A DNA stretch of 52,464 bases from a virus. Taxonomy: Duplodnaviria > Caudoviricetes. The stretch's first letter is position 1. Each line of letters begins with the position of its first letter. The position numbers were made by a program, and so were the translations under genes. This document shows, in pieces, positions 19,406-28,261 of the stretch. A model generated the notes under the pieces. That model worked only from the letters and a program-made list of their open reading frames with translations, was not told the origin of the DNA and made no database searches. The stretch spans positions 1 to 52,464 of the IMG/VR virus record IMGVR_UViG_3300025653_004519; one strand, written 5' to 3'.

Positions 19406-21124
19406 TTAAAGGATTTTCTTTTTTACAACATAAGAACCAAGAATCAAAATATCCATTTCACAATTTAGAAATGTTTTGATTGCATCTGTTGGGGTTAAAA
19501 CCATTGTTTGGTCTTTTAAGTTAAATGAAGTATTAATTACAATTGGAAATCCATTTACTTTATTTAACTCTTTAAGTAATAAAGAAATATATCTATTAGA
19601 GTTATGAGTTACAGTTTGTACTCTTGCAGAACCATCAATATGAGTTATTGAAGGTAATTTATCTTTAAACCTATCATTTACCTTTACAACTTGATTCATA
19701 TAAGGGATTTCTGAATCATAATTAAAGTAAGTTGTTAATGAATCAAAAGTACAAATAGGTGCAAATGGTCTAAATCCTTCTCTCTTTTTAATTACTCTAT
19801 TTAATCTTGATTTCATTTGAGGGTCACATGGATTTGCTAATATAGAACGATTACCCAATGCTCTTGCACCAAATTCTATTCTATCTTGAAATAAACCAAT
19901 GATATTATTTTCAGATATTTCTTTTGCAATATAAGGAATCATTTGTTCTCTTGGTTTCCATTCATAATAAACATCTTTAGAGTAATCATTAAGTGATTTT
20001 AAAATATCTTCTTTAGGATAAAAAGGTCCTAAGAATGGATTTATATTTGTTACTCTTTCTTGTTTTTTATTAGTATAAAATTTAGATAAAGATGCACCAA
20101 TACATGAACCAGCATCAGATGGAGCAGGTGGAATCCAAACATTTTGAAATTTTGTTTTTTCTTTTATCTTTCCATTAGCAGTTCCATTGTATGCACATCC
20201 TCCACTTAAACATAGATTTGGCGATTCTGTAATTTTATATAACTTATCTAATAGTTTAAAGAAATACTTTTCATATTGAAACTGTACAGATGCAGCTAAA
20301 TCTTTATGGTCTTGGGTTAGTGGTTCTTCTGGTAATCTATTTGTTATACCTAAATGTTCTGATAACTTTTCATTAAACATATCAGTATCAGAATATTCGT
20401 ATGTAAAGTAATCCATATTAAGTTCATATAATCCTTTATCAGATTCTTTTATAATATTTTCAAATTTAAGATTATATTTTTTTGGATTACCATATGGAGC
20501 TAATCCCATAACTTTATACTCACCTTCATTTGGTTTAAAACCTAAGAATGCTGTCATAGCTGAATACAACATACCTAACGAATCAGGAAATCCAACAGAT
20601 TCAAGTTCTTTTATTTTATTATCTCTACCTATAGCTAATGAGGTTGTTTTCCATTCACCAACCCCATCTACTGAAAGTATTGCTGAATTTTTAAATGGAG
20701 ATGTAAAATATGAATATGCTAAGTGTGAAGTGTGGTGGTCTGTAAAAGATACTTTGGTTTTCTTTCCTTTAATACTATCGATATCTTTTAATAAAATATC
20801 ATATGCCTTTTTATTTCTATCAAGTATAGTATTGTTGTTTTTCTTTGAAAAAAAATCATACCACTTCTTTGGTCTTTTTTGAGTGGTTGTTTCAATTCTA
20901 TCTAACTTTTCAGTTGGATTTTCATAAAAACAAATATAGTTTATATCTTCTTTGGTAATTGAGTTTGATTCAAATATCCATTTAATTGTATTGTGTGGAA
21001 AAGATGAATCGTGTTTTATACCTGTAAATCTTTCTTCTTCACAAGCCGATACAACTTTTCCATCTTTTAATAAACATGCTGCACTATCGTGGTAACCACA
21101 ACTTATTCCTAAAATATAACTCAT
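19406..21124 (-). CDS. Carbamoyltransferase (NodU/CmcH family)
   Basis: HDSAA, EEERF, DHHTSH, DGVGE, EYKVMGLAPYG, EFGARALGNRS, KKREGFRPFAP, NTSFN. Confidence 0.92.
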   Translation of the reverse strand: MSYILGISCGYHDSAACLLKDGKVVSACEEERFTGIKHDSSFPHNTIKWIFESNSITKEDINYICFYENPTEKLDRIETTTQKRPKKWYDFFSKKNNNTILDRNKKAYDILLKDIDSIKGKKTKVSFTDHHTSHLAYSYFTSPFKNSAILSVDGVGEWKTTSLAIGRDNKIKELESVGFPDSLGMLYSAMTAFLGFKPNEGEYKVMGLAPYGNPKKYNLKFENIIKESDKGLYELNMDYFTYEYSDTDMFNEKLSEHLGITNRLPEEPLTQDHKDLAASVQFQYEKYFFKLLDKLYKITESPNLCLSGGCAYNGTANGKIKEKTKFQNVWIPPAPSDAGSCIGASLSKFYTNKKQERVTNINPFLGPFYPKEDILKSLNDYSKDVYYEWKPREQMIPYIAKEISENNIIGLFQDRIEFGARALGNRSILANPCDPQMKSRLNRVIKKREGFRPFAPICTFDSLTTYFNYDSEIPYMNQVVKVNDRFKDKLPSITHIDGSARVQTVTHNSNRYISLLLKELNKVNGFPIVINTSFNLKDQTMVLTPTDAIKTFLNCEMDILILGSYVVKKKIL

Positions 21125-21870
21125 TATAAATAATCTTCGTCAATATATTTATTGGATTCAAAAAATGTATTTTTGTTTTCCTCTATATATCCATGTTCTA
21201 AGTATTCATTTAACATTTTTTTCTGATGTTGTTTCATTACATTTACAACTTTAGTAATGTAGTGAGTTTTACAATCAGTCATTTCTCTTATAAGAAGATA
21301 TAAATGTTTTTTGTTAAAGTTTTCTATATGTTCACTTCTTCTAAATAATTCTAATATTGCATCTGCAATCTGAATATCTCTTTTTTTACTAAATACTGTA
21401 CTTAAGTTTTTATCCCAATAATCTAACATTATTTGTTTAAACTCTTTAAACTCATTATTTTCTTCTACTTCATAATGGTCATTTTCAGGATTCCAAGTTT
21501 CTGGCATCTGAGATAACAAAGAATTTTGTTTCCATCTTTTGTAGTTACCATTGTTCTTTAAAATCAAATGATTTTTTGCAATAATAGTAAAATAAGAAAA
21601 AGCCCTACCTTTACCTTCTTGAAACATATGTATTTTTTCTACCATTGTAGAGACAACTTCCATTTGAATATCTTTTTTTGGTACATCAAAGTAAGTAAAC
21701 TTAAATGTATTTAAAACATTTTCTGCCAATTTTTCGAAAGGATATTTAATTCTTTCTTCATAAATTTTAGACCTTTCTGCTGGGTCGGTTGATTTGTTGT
21801 ACTCTATGATTGCTTCTTGAGCAGGTGTACCAAAATATATTTTGGATTTTTTTCTTCTTTTTTTGGGCAT
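21124..21870 (-). CDS. Phage late-transcription sigma factor (T4 gp55-like)
   Basis: Region-2-like KGRAFSYFTIIAKNHLI (compare gp55 AYFTQI); N-terminal KxYF. Confidence 0.7.
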   Translation of the reverse strand: MPKKRRKKSKIYFGTPAQEAIIEYNKSTDPAERSKIYEERIKYPFEKLAENVLNTFKFTYFDVPKKDIQMEVVSTMVEKIHMFQEGKGRAFSYFTIIAKNHLILKNNGNYKRWKQNSLLSQMPETWNPENDHYEVEENNEFKEFKQIMLDYWDKNLSTVFSKKRDIQIADAILELFRRSEHIENFNKKHLYLLIREMTDCKTHYITKVVNVMKQHQKKMLNEYLEHGYIEENKNTFFESNKYIDEDYL

Positions 21871-21871
21871 A

Positions 21872-22147
21872 TTATATATCTTCGTTTAATTCTTCAACAA
21901 TCTTTTTCAGTTGACCAAAAGTGGCTCCAACTTCATCATCTTTTTCAAATGCTTGTTTTGTATCAATAACTCTCATTTGGTCAAGAGCCGTTATAACTCT
22001 ATTTCTAACTGAAGTAACAGTTCTAACTAACCTATCTTCAAGTTGTTCGTTCTGTCTTAAAAGGTTTCTAATACCCACCAATAAGACAATGTTCAGTATT
22101 ACTGAAACTCCTATAATGATATTATAGGTTGTAAATATTTCTAACAT
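21872..22147 (-). CDS. Single-TM coiled-coil protein (possible lysis accessory)
   Basis: N-terminal hydrophobic helix; directly downstream of the lysin-like gene. Confidence 0.45.
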   Translation of the reverse strand: MLEIFTTYNIIIGVSVILNIVLLVGIRNLLRQNEQLEDRLVRTVTSVRNRVITALDQMRVIDTKQAFEKDDEVGATFGQLKKIVEELNEDI

Positions 22148-22148
22148 A

Positions 22149-22736
22149 TTATTCTAAGTTTAATTTGTATCCACTAAATTGTGTAAGGTAGGAAGTTAAT
22201 TTTGTACCATTACCATCTCTGAATTCTTTTCCTTTTCTTAAAAACCTTTTAACATTACCTGGTCCTGCTAAGTGTGCAGCTGCTAATATTCCACTTTCGG
22301 TAATCTCGTTACCATTTATAGTTTTACCTTCCCATTTATCAATATACTTCTGAAGTATTTTTTTGTTGTGTAAAAGTAAATCTAACATTGCTTTTTCTTG
22401 TAAGTAAGGTGAATTAAGAAATTGTTCTTTTGATACATCGTATCCTAATGATTTGAGAGTTCGTTTACCAAATTGGTATTTTCCCATATAACCCCAACCA
22501 TTTACAACATCGTATCTGTTTGAGGATTCTCTCATTCCTATTGCTTCAAGAAACATATCGTGTTGATTTATTTCTATCTTAATAGGTTCTATTTCTATTT
22601 CTACAAGTTCAACTGGTTTAGGTTCTAATACCTCTGCTACTGGTTGAACTTTTGGTAATATAATGTTGGCTGTGAAACCAACTAATCCCAATGTTACAAA
22701 CATTGAAATTAATACTGTTAATATTTGTTTTCTCAT
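22149..22736 (-). CDS. Lysozyme-fold lytic transglycosylase with N-terminal membrane anchor (endolysin candidate)
   Basis: RESS (catalytic Glu), GKYQFG, AAAHLAGPG. Confidence 0.75.
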   Translation of the reverse strand: MRKQILTVLISMFVTLGLVGFTANIILPKVQPVAEVLEPKPVELVEIEIEPIKIEINQHDMFLEAIGMRESSNRYDVVNGWGYMGKYQFGKRTLKSLGYDVSKEQFLNSPYLQEKAMLDLLLHNKKILQKYIDKWEGKTINGNEITESGILAAAHLAGPGNVKRFLRKGKEFRDGNGTKLTSYLTQFSGYKLNLE

Positions 22737-22763
22737 AGGGATTGCTCCTTTTGATTTACTATG

Positions 22764-22795
22764 TAAATATACGAAAAATTTTCGATATATCCAAA
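22764..22795 (-). promoter_or_regulatory. Bacteroidota-type housekeeping (early) promoter
   Basis: TTTG-N20-TATATTTA; compare TTTG-N19-21-TAnnTTTG. Confidence 0.8.
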
Positions 22796-22811
22796 TTTTT
22801 AGGGAGTTTTT

Positions 22812-23090
22812 TTAACACTCACCTATCGGCCCATAGTATAAACCTTCTGTAACTTCATCTTCTTCATCTGGTATTCTTTCTAATACCTCATTTGTCATTT
22901 TAAGAAGTTTTTTATTTTCTTCTACTAATTCTCGCCACAACTCCATATTAAAATCAATTTGTTCTTTGATTTCTTCTTTAGTAAAAACTTTTTTTTCTAT
23001 AAGTAAATCCATAATACTCTGAGTTACTAAACTCTGAGTTAATAGTTTACTCTGTAATTGTTTTATCATTGTTTTTGATATTAAGTTCAT
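22812..23090 (-). CDS. Hypothetical protein (start may be ATG at 23069)
   Basis: ORF in the tiled array. Confidence 0.55.
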   Translation of the reverse strand: MNLISKTMIKQLQSKLLTQSLVTQSIMDLLIEKKVFTKEEIKEQIDFNMELWRELVEENKKLLKMTNEVLERIPDEEDEVTEGLYYGPIGEC

Positions 23091-23346
23091 CTAATAAATC
23101 TTTTAATTCATTTTTATCTTCATTTCCAAAAACCAAATCACCAAATGATTTATTGATTGATTTATTACCATAACCTAATGCGGATGCTAATCTAACACAA
23201 ACAACTTTATACTCATTGATATCCATATCATCTGGTACATCAAATTCTATTTTGTTAGCCTCTCTATTTGATTCTATAAAGTCTTTATCAGTATAGCTAA
23301 ATATAAGTTTTCCCATGTTTTCGTTTCTTTTATAAGATTTCAGCAC
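23047..23346 (-). CDS. Hypothetical protein (start probably MGKLIF)
   Basis: ORF in the tiled array. Confidence 0.55.
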   Translation of the reverse strand: MLKSYKRNENMGKLIFSYTDKDFIESNREANKIEFDVPDDMDINEYKVVCVRLASALGYGNKSINKSFGDLVFGNEDKNELKDLLDELNIKNNDKTITE

Positions 23347-23938
23347 CTTGTGAAAGTAAAGGTTGTGCCTTTTTATATTTCATAAATTCGGTAGTTCCAT
23401 CTGATAGTTTAACCATCACTCTTTCATTTCTACCATATTTTTTTTCTCGTATGATTGTTTGTGTATATCTTCTATCTGTTATCAATCTACCTTCAAGGTG
23501 GTCAATCTCGTGTTGTGCTACAACACACTCTAACATACCTTCATCATTATAGAATTCTTCAGATGTTTTCCATTCTTCTTTTGAATCAGGTGAAAATATT
23601 ACTGTTCCTAAATTATCACACTCTACTGTTAATGTTTTAAATCTTACTGTTTGAACCGGTTTACGCATTGTCTTAGGCATAGATAAACATTGTTCTACAT
23701 AAACAACTGATTCCTCTGATACTTCTGCAACTCTTGGGTTGATTAGTACCAATGGTTCCTTTACATTGATTACACAGGCTCTTTTATTTATTCCTATTTG
23801 ATTTGCCGATAACCCTATACCACCATGTTTCTTTAACTCTTGAAGAAGTGTTACTGATATTTCATCAATCTCTTCTTGAGTGAATGGCGATGGTTCTATC
23901 TTTGTTTTAAGTTTACTTGGGTCTTGTATTAATTTCAT
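23330..23938 (-). CDS. def: Peptide deformylase with C-terminal extension
   Basis: GIGLSANQIG, EQCLS, QHEIDH. Confidence 0.9.
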   Translation of the reverse strand: MKLIQDPSKLKTKIEPSPFTQEEIDEISVTLLQELKKHGGIGLSANQIGINKRACVINVKEPLVLINPRVAEVSEESVVYVEQCLSMPKTMRKPVQTVRFKTLTVECDNLGTVIFSPDSKEEWKTSEEFYNDEGMLECVVAQHEIDHLEGRLITDRRYTQTIIREKKYGRNERVMVKLSDGTTEFMKYKKAQPLLSQGAEIL

Positions 23939-24132
23939 TTAACTAATTTTTTTGTTGTATAATCTCCACCGAAAGGTCTTTCATAAACTGTTTCTCCTCC
24001 ATCTGGTGATTCAAAGATTTTAATATCTTTGTGTTCTTCTAAAAATTTTTCTCTTTGTAAGTAAATACTTCTTACTGCTTTTCCAAGTTCCATATCGTTT
24101 GGATACTCTTTAACTAATTTTTCTAAATTCAT
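23935..24132 (-). CDS. Hypothetical protein
   Basis: YPNDMELG and IFESPDGGETVYERPFG segments; translationally coupled. Confidence 0.6.
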   Translation of the reverse strand: MNLEKLVKEYPNDMELGKAVRSIYLQREKFLEEHKDIKIFESPDGGETVYERPFGGDYTTKKLVK

Positions 24133-24136
24133 AATT

Positions 24137-24610
24137 TTATTCTGCTATGTTTAAATATTTTTCCAATAACCAAGATGATGATTGAATCTTTTTACCAAGA
24201 CCCCATACTGAATCTATTCCGTATGAATTACATACATCATTTTCTGGTGTAGTTGTTTCGGTTCTATCACCACCATTACCAAATGCCATTTCACCTTTTA
24301 GTAAATCACCATTTTCGTTTACATATTTTTTTCTTGCATGGTCAATGAAATCAATTGCTGTATCATCTCCATGTATAAGTGGATTCATCACATAAACATA
24401 ATCCACATCTTTAAGGTTTTCCATTATGAATTTTCTTTCATCTTCTTTCATAAATTGTTTTCCTTTTTTTCTAAACAACCAACTATCGTTGTTTAATCCT
24501 ATCCAAACTTCATCTGCTAACTTTTTAGCATTTTGGATACATTCTATGTGGCCTTTATGAACAGGGTCAAATCCACCACTAATTAATATTACTTTATATT
24601 TTTTACTCAT
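24137..24610 (-). CDS. HxGH-family nucleotidyl(cytidylyl)transferase
   Basis: SGGFDPVHKGH, NGGDR, KIQSSSW. Confidence 0.85.
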   Translation of the reverse strand: MSKKYKVILISGGFDPVHKGHIECIQNAKKLADEVWIGLNNDSWLFRKKGKQFMKEDERKFIMENLKDVDYVYVMNPLIHGDDTAIDFIDHARKKYVNENGDLLKGEMAFGNGGDRTETTTPENDVCNSYGIDSVWGLGKKIQSSSWLLEKYLNIAE

Positions 24611-24628
24611 TATAAACTATTTGTTATA

Positions 24629-24660
24629 CAAATATACGAAAATTATTTTACAATTCCAAA
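24629..24660 (-). promoter_or_regulatory. Bacteroidota-type early promoter
   Basis: TTTG-N20-TATATTTG, exact consensus. Confidence 0.85.
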
Positions 24661-25626
24661 TTATTTCCAAGAAAATCCTGCACCCATGTGTCCAAACTGT
24701 GCTGTATTACTAAATATTGGTTTTCTTAATTCTAAGAAATCTATAATTCCTTTAGGTGATAAATCATATCCTTTGATAAACTCGTGTTCTCCATCAACTA
24801 TTGCAGTTGCTTGAAGTGGTTGGTCATATCCAATTGCATAAGCAAGTTGAACTACAACCTCTTGTACCTCTGGTCTTTGTTCTAAGATATCTACTGCGAT
24901 TCTTCTTCCCATATAAGCTGCACTTCTATCAACCTTAGTACAATCCTTACCACTAAATGCTCCACCACCAAGTGGAACTCTTGGGCCATAATTATCAACT
25001 GCTAGTTTTCTACCAGTTAACCCAGCATCGGCAGTGAACCCACCAATGTTCCAATCACCTGCAGGATTACAATGTAGAGCTTCAATATGATACTGAGGGA
25101 AATCTTCAAAGTATTCCATTACTAATTTTTGTAATTCATCTGCTGGTGCGCTCTGAAATGAACATACAACTCTTAATGAGTTTCCATTCATTGTTACTTG
25201 TGTTTTACCATCGTAAGGATACTTATCAAATACAGATTTATTAAGTTCTCTCGATAGGTAATATTCTTGTGGTAAAAATTCTTCATTATCTCTACAAGCA
25301 TAACCAATCATAATTCCTTGGTCTCCTGCTCCACCTATATCAACTCCTTGAGCAATCTCGGGTGATTGAGTATTTAAGTTAGTAATTACTTCAATAGAAT
25401 CATCAGTAGTAATATCTTTCACTACTTGAATAATTTCATCATCTGTAATTTTGTATTGAGAAGTAACTTCTCCTGTAACATAAACCAAACCATTACCACC
25501 AGCAGTTTCAATTGCTACTCGTGAATTTGGGTCGTGTGTTAAGTGAATATCTAATAGTGTGTCTGATATTCTATCACACATTTTGTCTGGGTGCATCGGT
25601 GATACACATTCTGCTGTTCTAATCAT
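24661..25626 (-). CDS. metK: S-adenosylmethionine synthetase
   Basis: HPDKMCD, GAGDQG, DGKTQVT, GLTGRK, GGGAFSGKD, KVDRSAAY. Confidence 0.95.
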   Translation of the reverse strand: MIRTAECVSPMHPDKMCDRISDTLLDIHLTHDPNSRVAIETAGGNGLVYVTGEVTSQYKITDDEIIQVVKDITTDDSIEVITNLNTQSPEIAQGVDIGGAGDQGIMIGYACRDNEEFLPQEYYLSRELNKSVFDKYPYDGKTQVTMNGNSLRVVCSFQSAPADELQKLVMEYFEDFPQYHIEALHCNPAGDWNIGGFTADAGLTGRKLAVDNYGPRVPLGGGAFSGKDCTKVDRSAAYMGRRIAVDILEQRPEVQEVVVQLAYAIGYDQPLQATAIVDGEHEFIKGYDLSPKGIIDFLELRKPIFSNTAQFGHMGAGFSWK

Positions 25627-25809
25627 TTATTCTGATTTTGTAATTAATGTTGTTATAATATATAAAATAAAAATTGGTACTGATGGTATAAAGAAAAGGA
25701 GTATAAAAAGTAATCTCCATAACAATGGGTCTGAATCTGTATAATTTCCTAACCCACCACATATACCAGCTAAACTTCTTTCAGTTTTACTTCTTCTAAA
25801 ATTTCTCAT
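25627..25809 (-). CDS. pspC: PspC-domain membrane protein
   Basis: RSKTERSLAGICGGLGNY..DPLLWRL plus TM helix. Confidence 0.8.
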   Translation of the reverse strand: MRNFRRSKTERSLAGICGGLGNYTDSDPLLWRLLFILLFFIPSVPIFILYIITTLITKSE

Positions 25810-25912
25810 CTAATTCTTGTTGTAATTTTTGAATTTCTTTTTTAATTTTTTGAGTTTGTGGTTTGACCATTTTTAACTCTATGATTTTTTCAATTTTTTC
25901 TTTCTTATCCAT
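25796..25912 (-). CDS. Small helical protein (38 aa)
   Basis: Read by hand: MDKKEKIEKIIELK...; overlaps both neighbours. Confidence 0.5.
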   Translation of the reverse strand: MDKKEKIEKIIELKMVKPQTQKIKKEIQKLQQELDEKF

Positions 25913-26075
25913 TTTGAATCTGTGATTTTAAATCTTTATACTTTTTATTCCACTTTGATATTTCTTCTTTATATCCTTTTTTAATTAAATCTTGTTTTTC
26001 AAGTTCTTGTTTAAGTTGTAGATTTTCTTTTTCGAGTTGTTCTATTTTCAACTCATATAGTTTTAAACTTTGCAT
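25905..26075 (-). CDS. Small coiled-coil protein (56 aa)
   Basis: Read by hand: MQSLKLYELKIEQLEKEN...; fills the gap after thyA. Confidence 0.55.
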   Translation of the reverse strand: MQSLKLYELKIEQLEKENLQLKQELEKQDLIKKGYKEEISKWNKKYKDLKSQIQNG

Positions 26076-26077
26076 AA

Positions 26078-26986
26078 TTAATTTGATAAGGGTGCTTTAA
26101 TTGTTGGTTGTGATTGATATCCGATAATCTCGTATTCAAACTCACCATCTAAAAGATTTACATTTGATAATTTCAAACTTGGTAACTGAAAAGATTTTCT
26201 TATTCTTTGTTCTTCAGCTTGTTCTAAATGATTTTTGTACAAGTGAGTATCACCCAAGTTACCAATTAGTTCACCTGGTTCTAAATTAGTTTCTTCACAT
26301 AATAGTAGTAATAACATTCCATAAGATGCAATGTTAAATGGCAATCCTAAGAAAGTATCAACACTTCTTTGATTCCACATTAAAGATAGTTTACCATCGT
26401 TTACATAACATTGAAATCCATAATGACAAGGTGGTAGAACCATCTCATCTAACTCTGAAGGATTCCAAGAGTTTACCATTAATCTTCTACTATCAGGATT
26501 TTCTTTTATAAGTTCTATAAGGTTTTTAATTTGGTCTACTTTATATGTTGGTGATGAACCATGTCTTTTTTCAATTCTTCTCCATTGTTTTCCATAAACA
26601 GGTCCAAGTTCTCCCCAAACCCTAGCGAAATCATCATCTGTTTTAATTTTTTCTACAAACTCAGGAAGAGTAAGTGGTGCATCTTCCAACTCATAGTTAT
26701 ATGTTCTTTCATATGTTTTATAAGCATCACCATTCCAAATATTACATCCATTATCCACAAGATACTTAATGTTTGTATCTCCTTTTAAAAACCATTTTAA
26801 TTCTGTCATGATTGATTTAATTGCCATCTTCTTTGTTGTAAGAAGTGGGAATCCCTCACTCATCTTATGTCTAATTTGTTTACCGAAAACAGATATTGTT
26901 CCTGTTCCTGTTCTATCGGTTTTTTCTTTACCCTCAAGTAAAATATCTTGAAGTAAGTTTTGGTATTGTAAATCTAAGTTATTCAT
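26078..26986 (-). CDS. thyA: Thymidylate synthase
   Basis: DRTGTGT, LGPVYGKQWR, LPPCH, QRSVDTFLGLPFN, HLYKNH. Confidence 0.97.
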   Translation of the reverse strand: MNNLDLQYQNLLQDILLEGKEKTDRTGTGTISVFGKQIRHKMSEGFPLLTTKKMAIKSIMTELKWFLKGDTNIKYLVDNGCNIWNGDAYKTYERTYNYELEDAPLTLPEFVEKIKTDDDFARVWGELGPVYGKQWRRIEKRHGSSPTYKVDQIKNLIELIKENPDSRRLMVNSWNPSELDEMVLPPCHYGFQCYVNDGKLSLMWNQRSVDTFLGLPFNIASYGMLLLLLCEETNLEPGELIGNLGDTHLYKNHLEQAEEQRIRKSFQLPSLKLSNVNLLDGEFEYEIIGYQSQPTIKAPLSN

Positions 26987-27644
26987 TATTTTCTAACATT
27001 TTTTTAAGTCCTCGATATCCCTCTTTTTCACTATAATCGTAATCTGAATTTATACTTTCTGCCTTTTGCATAAATGGGTCGTTGTTTACTTTACTCCAAT
27101 TAATTTTATCATCATTTTCAAATTGTTGTTGAGTTACAAACATATCTTCCCAACCAATTGTAAGTAAGGGACTGGTATAAACTTGGAATCCATTAGCAAG
27201 TAATGATACTATTCCAAATGTTCTATTGTGTACACAAATACCAAAAACTCTTCCGGCAATTAAAAACTTATCAGTTTTATTAAATTTTTTAGTAATATCA
27301 AGGTAGTTGGAGTCTCTTTTATTCTTAAGATAATAGTTTTCACCCCTTTCACCTAACACATAAGTATTAATATTGTTTTCGTTTGCAATATTTTCTATAT
27401 AATTAGAAACATTTTTTTCAGGCCTAATCCATTCTCTATTTTTTAAGTTAGGACCAAGATTACCATTTGATATTAATATATTTTTAAATGTAAACCCTTG
27501 AAGATTATTAAGTAAAGTTCTATTCATAGCATTATATACATCTATATTATGTGGTAACTGTCCTGGTTCACCTGTTTGTTTCAAAACATCCACATTCCAT
27601 AAATCTATTATTACTAAGTAATCAAATTCTATATTTTCCTTCAT
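26979..27644 (-). CDS. Divergent isochorismatase/cysteine-hydrolase-like protein
   Basis: LVIIDLW and LIAGRVFGICV pattern. Confidence 0.4.
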   Translation of the reverse strand: MKENIEFDYLVIIDLWNVDVLKQTGEPGQLPHNIDVYNAMNRTLLNNLQGFTFKNILISNGNLGPNLKNREWIRPEKNVSNYIENIANENNINTYVLGERGENYYLKNKRDSNYLDITKKFNKTDKFLIAGRVFGICVHNRTFGIVSLLANGFQVYTSPLLTIGWEDMFVTQQQFENDDKINWSKVNNDPFMQKAESINSDYDYSEKEGYRGLKKMLENNE

Positions 27645-28261
27645 ATGAGGTTTTCTTTATATTGTCTTAGTTTATATTTAGGGTCTAAATATTTGTTAAG
27701 TTTATTTTCATTAATATTAATATTCCATGATTTAATTATATCTAAAGATTTTTGCCTATCCTTACCATATAAATCCTCGTAATAAGTAATAGGTATGTTT
27801 AATTTTTTTGATATTAATTTTATTTCTTCTTTTTCTTTTTTTAAATCTTCAAACCTGTTATCTGATTTAAAATCTTTTTTATATTCTTGAGGTATATCAC
27901 TTGGTGTCCACTTTAACATAACTGACTGTTTGTTATCCATTCTCCACATCATGTGTAAGTAACTTTCTTTATGTTCTTCTTTATTTAATCTATCAAGTAT
28001 TATAACTCTATCAAACTCTCTAATAAATTTCTTATAAAAAGATAAACCATCTGTATCTAAGTTTTTAGGCTTTTGCTTACACAAACATTTTACACAAAGC
28101 TTTGTATAATCATTAAAATTAGAAATTGGATAATCTAAATTCGTACCATAATTAATACCTGAGTTAAATGGTTCACTTAATTGATAAAACCCTTGGTCTC
28201 CGAATCCTTTTAATAAAGAAGATGTTCCACTTCGTGAAATACCAAGTATTAATATTCTCAT
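27641..28261 (-). CDS. Sulfotransferase-like protein
   Basis: GISRSGTSSL PAPS-binding loop, EPF, IILDR, YEDL. Confidence 0.75.
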   Translation of the reverse strand: MRILILGISRSGTSSLLKGFGDQGFYQLSEPFNSGINYGTNLDYPISNFNDYTKLCVKCLCKQKPKNLDTDGLSFYKKFIREFDRVIILDRLNKEEHKESYLHMMWRMDNKQSVMLKWTPSDIPQEYKKDFKSDNRFEDLKKEKEEIKLISKKLNIPITYYEDLYGKDRQKSLDIIKSWNININENKLNKYLDPKYKLRQYKENLI

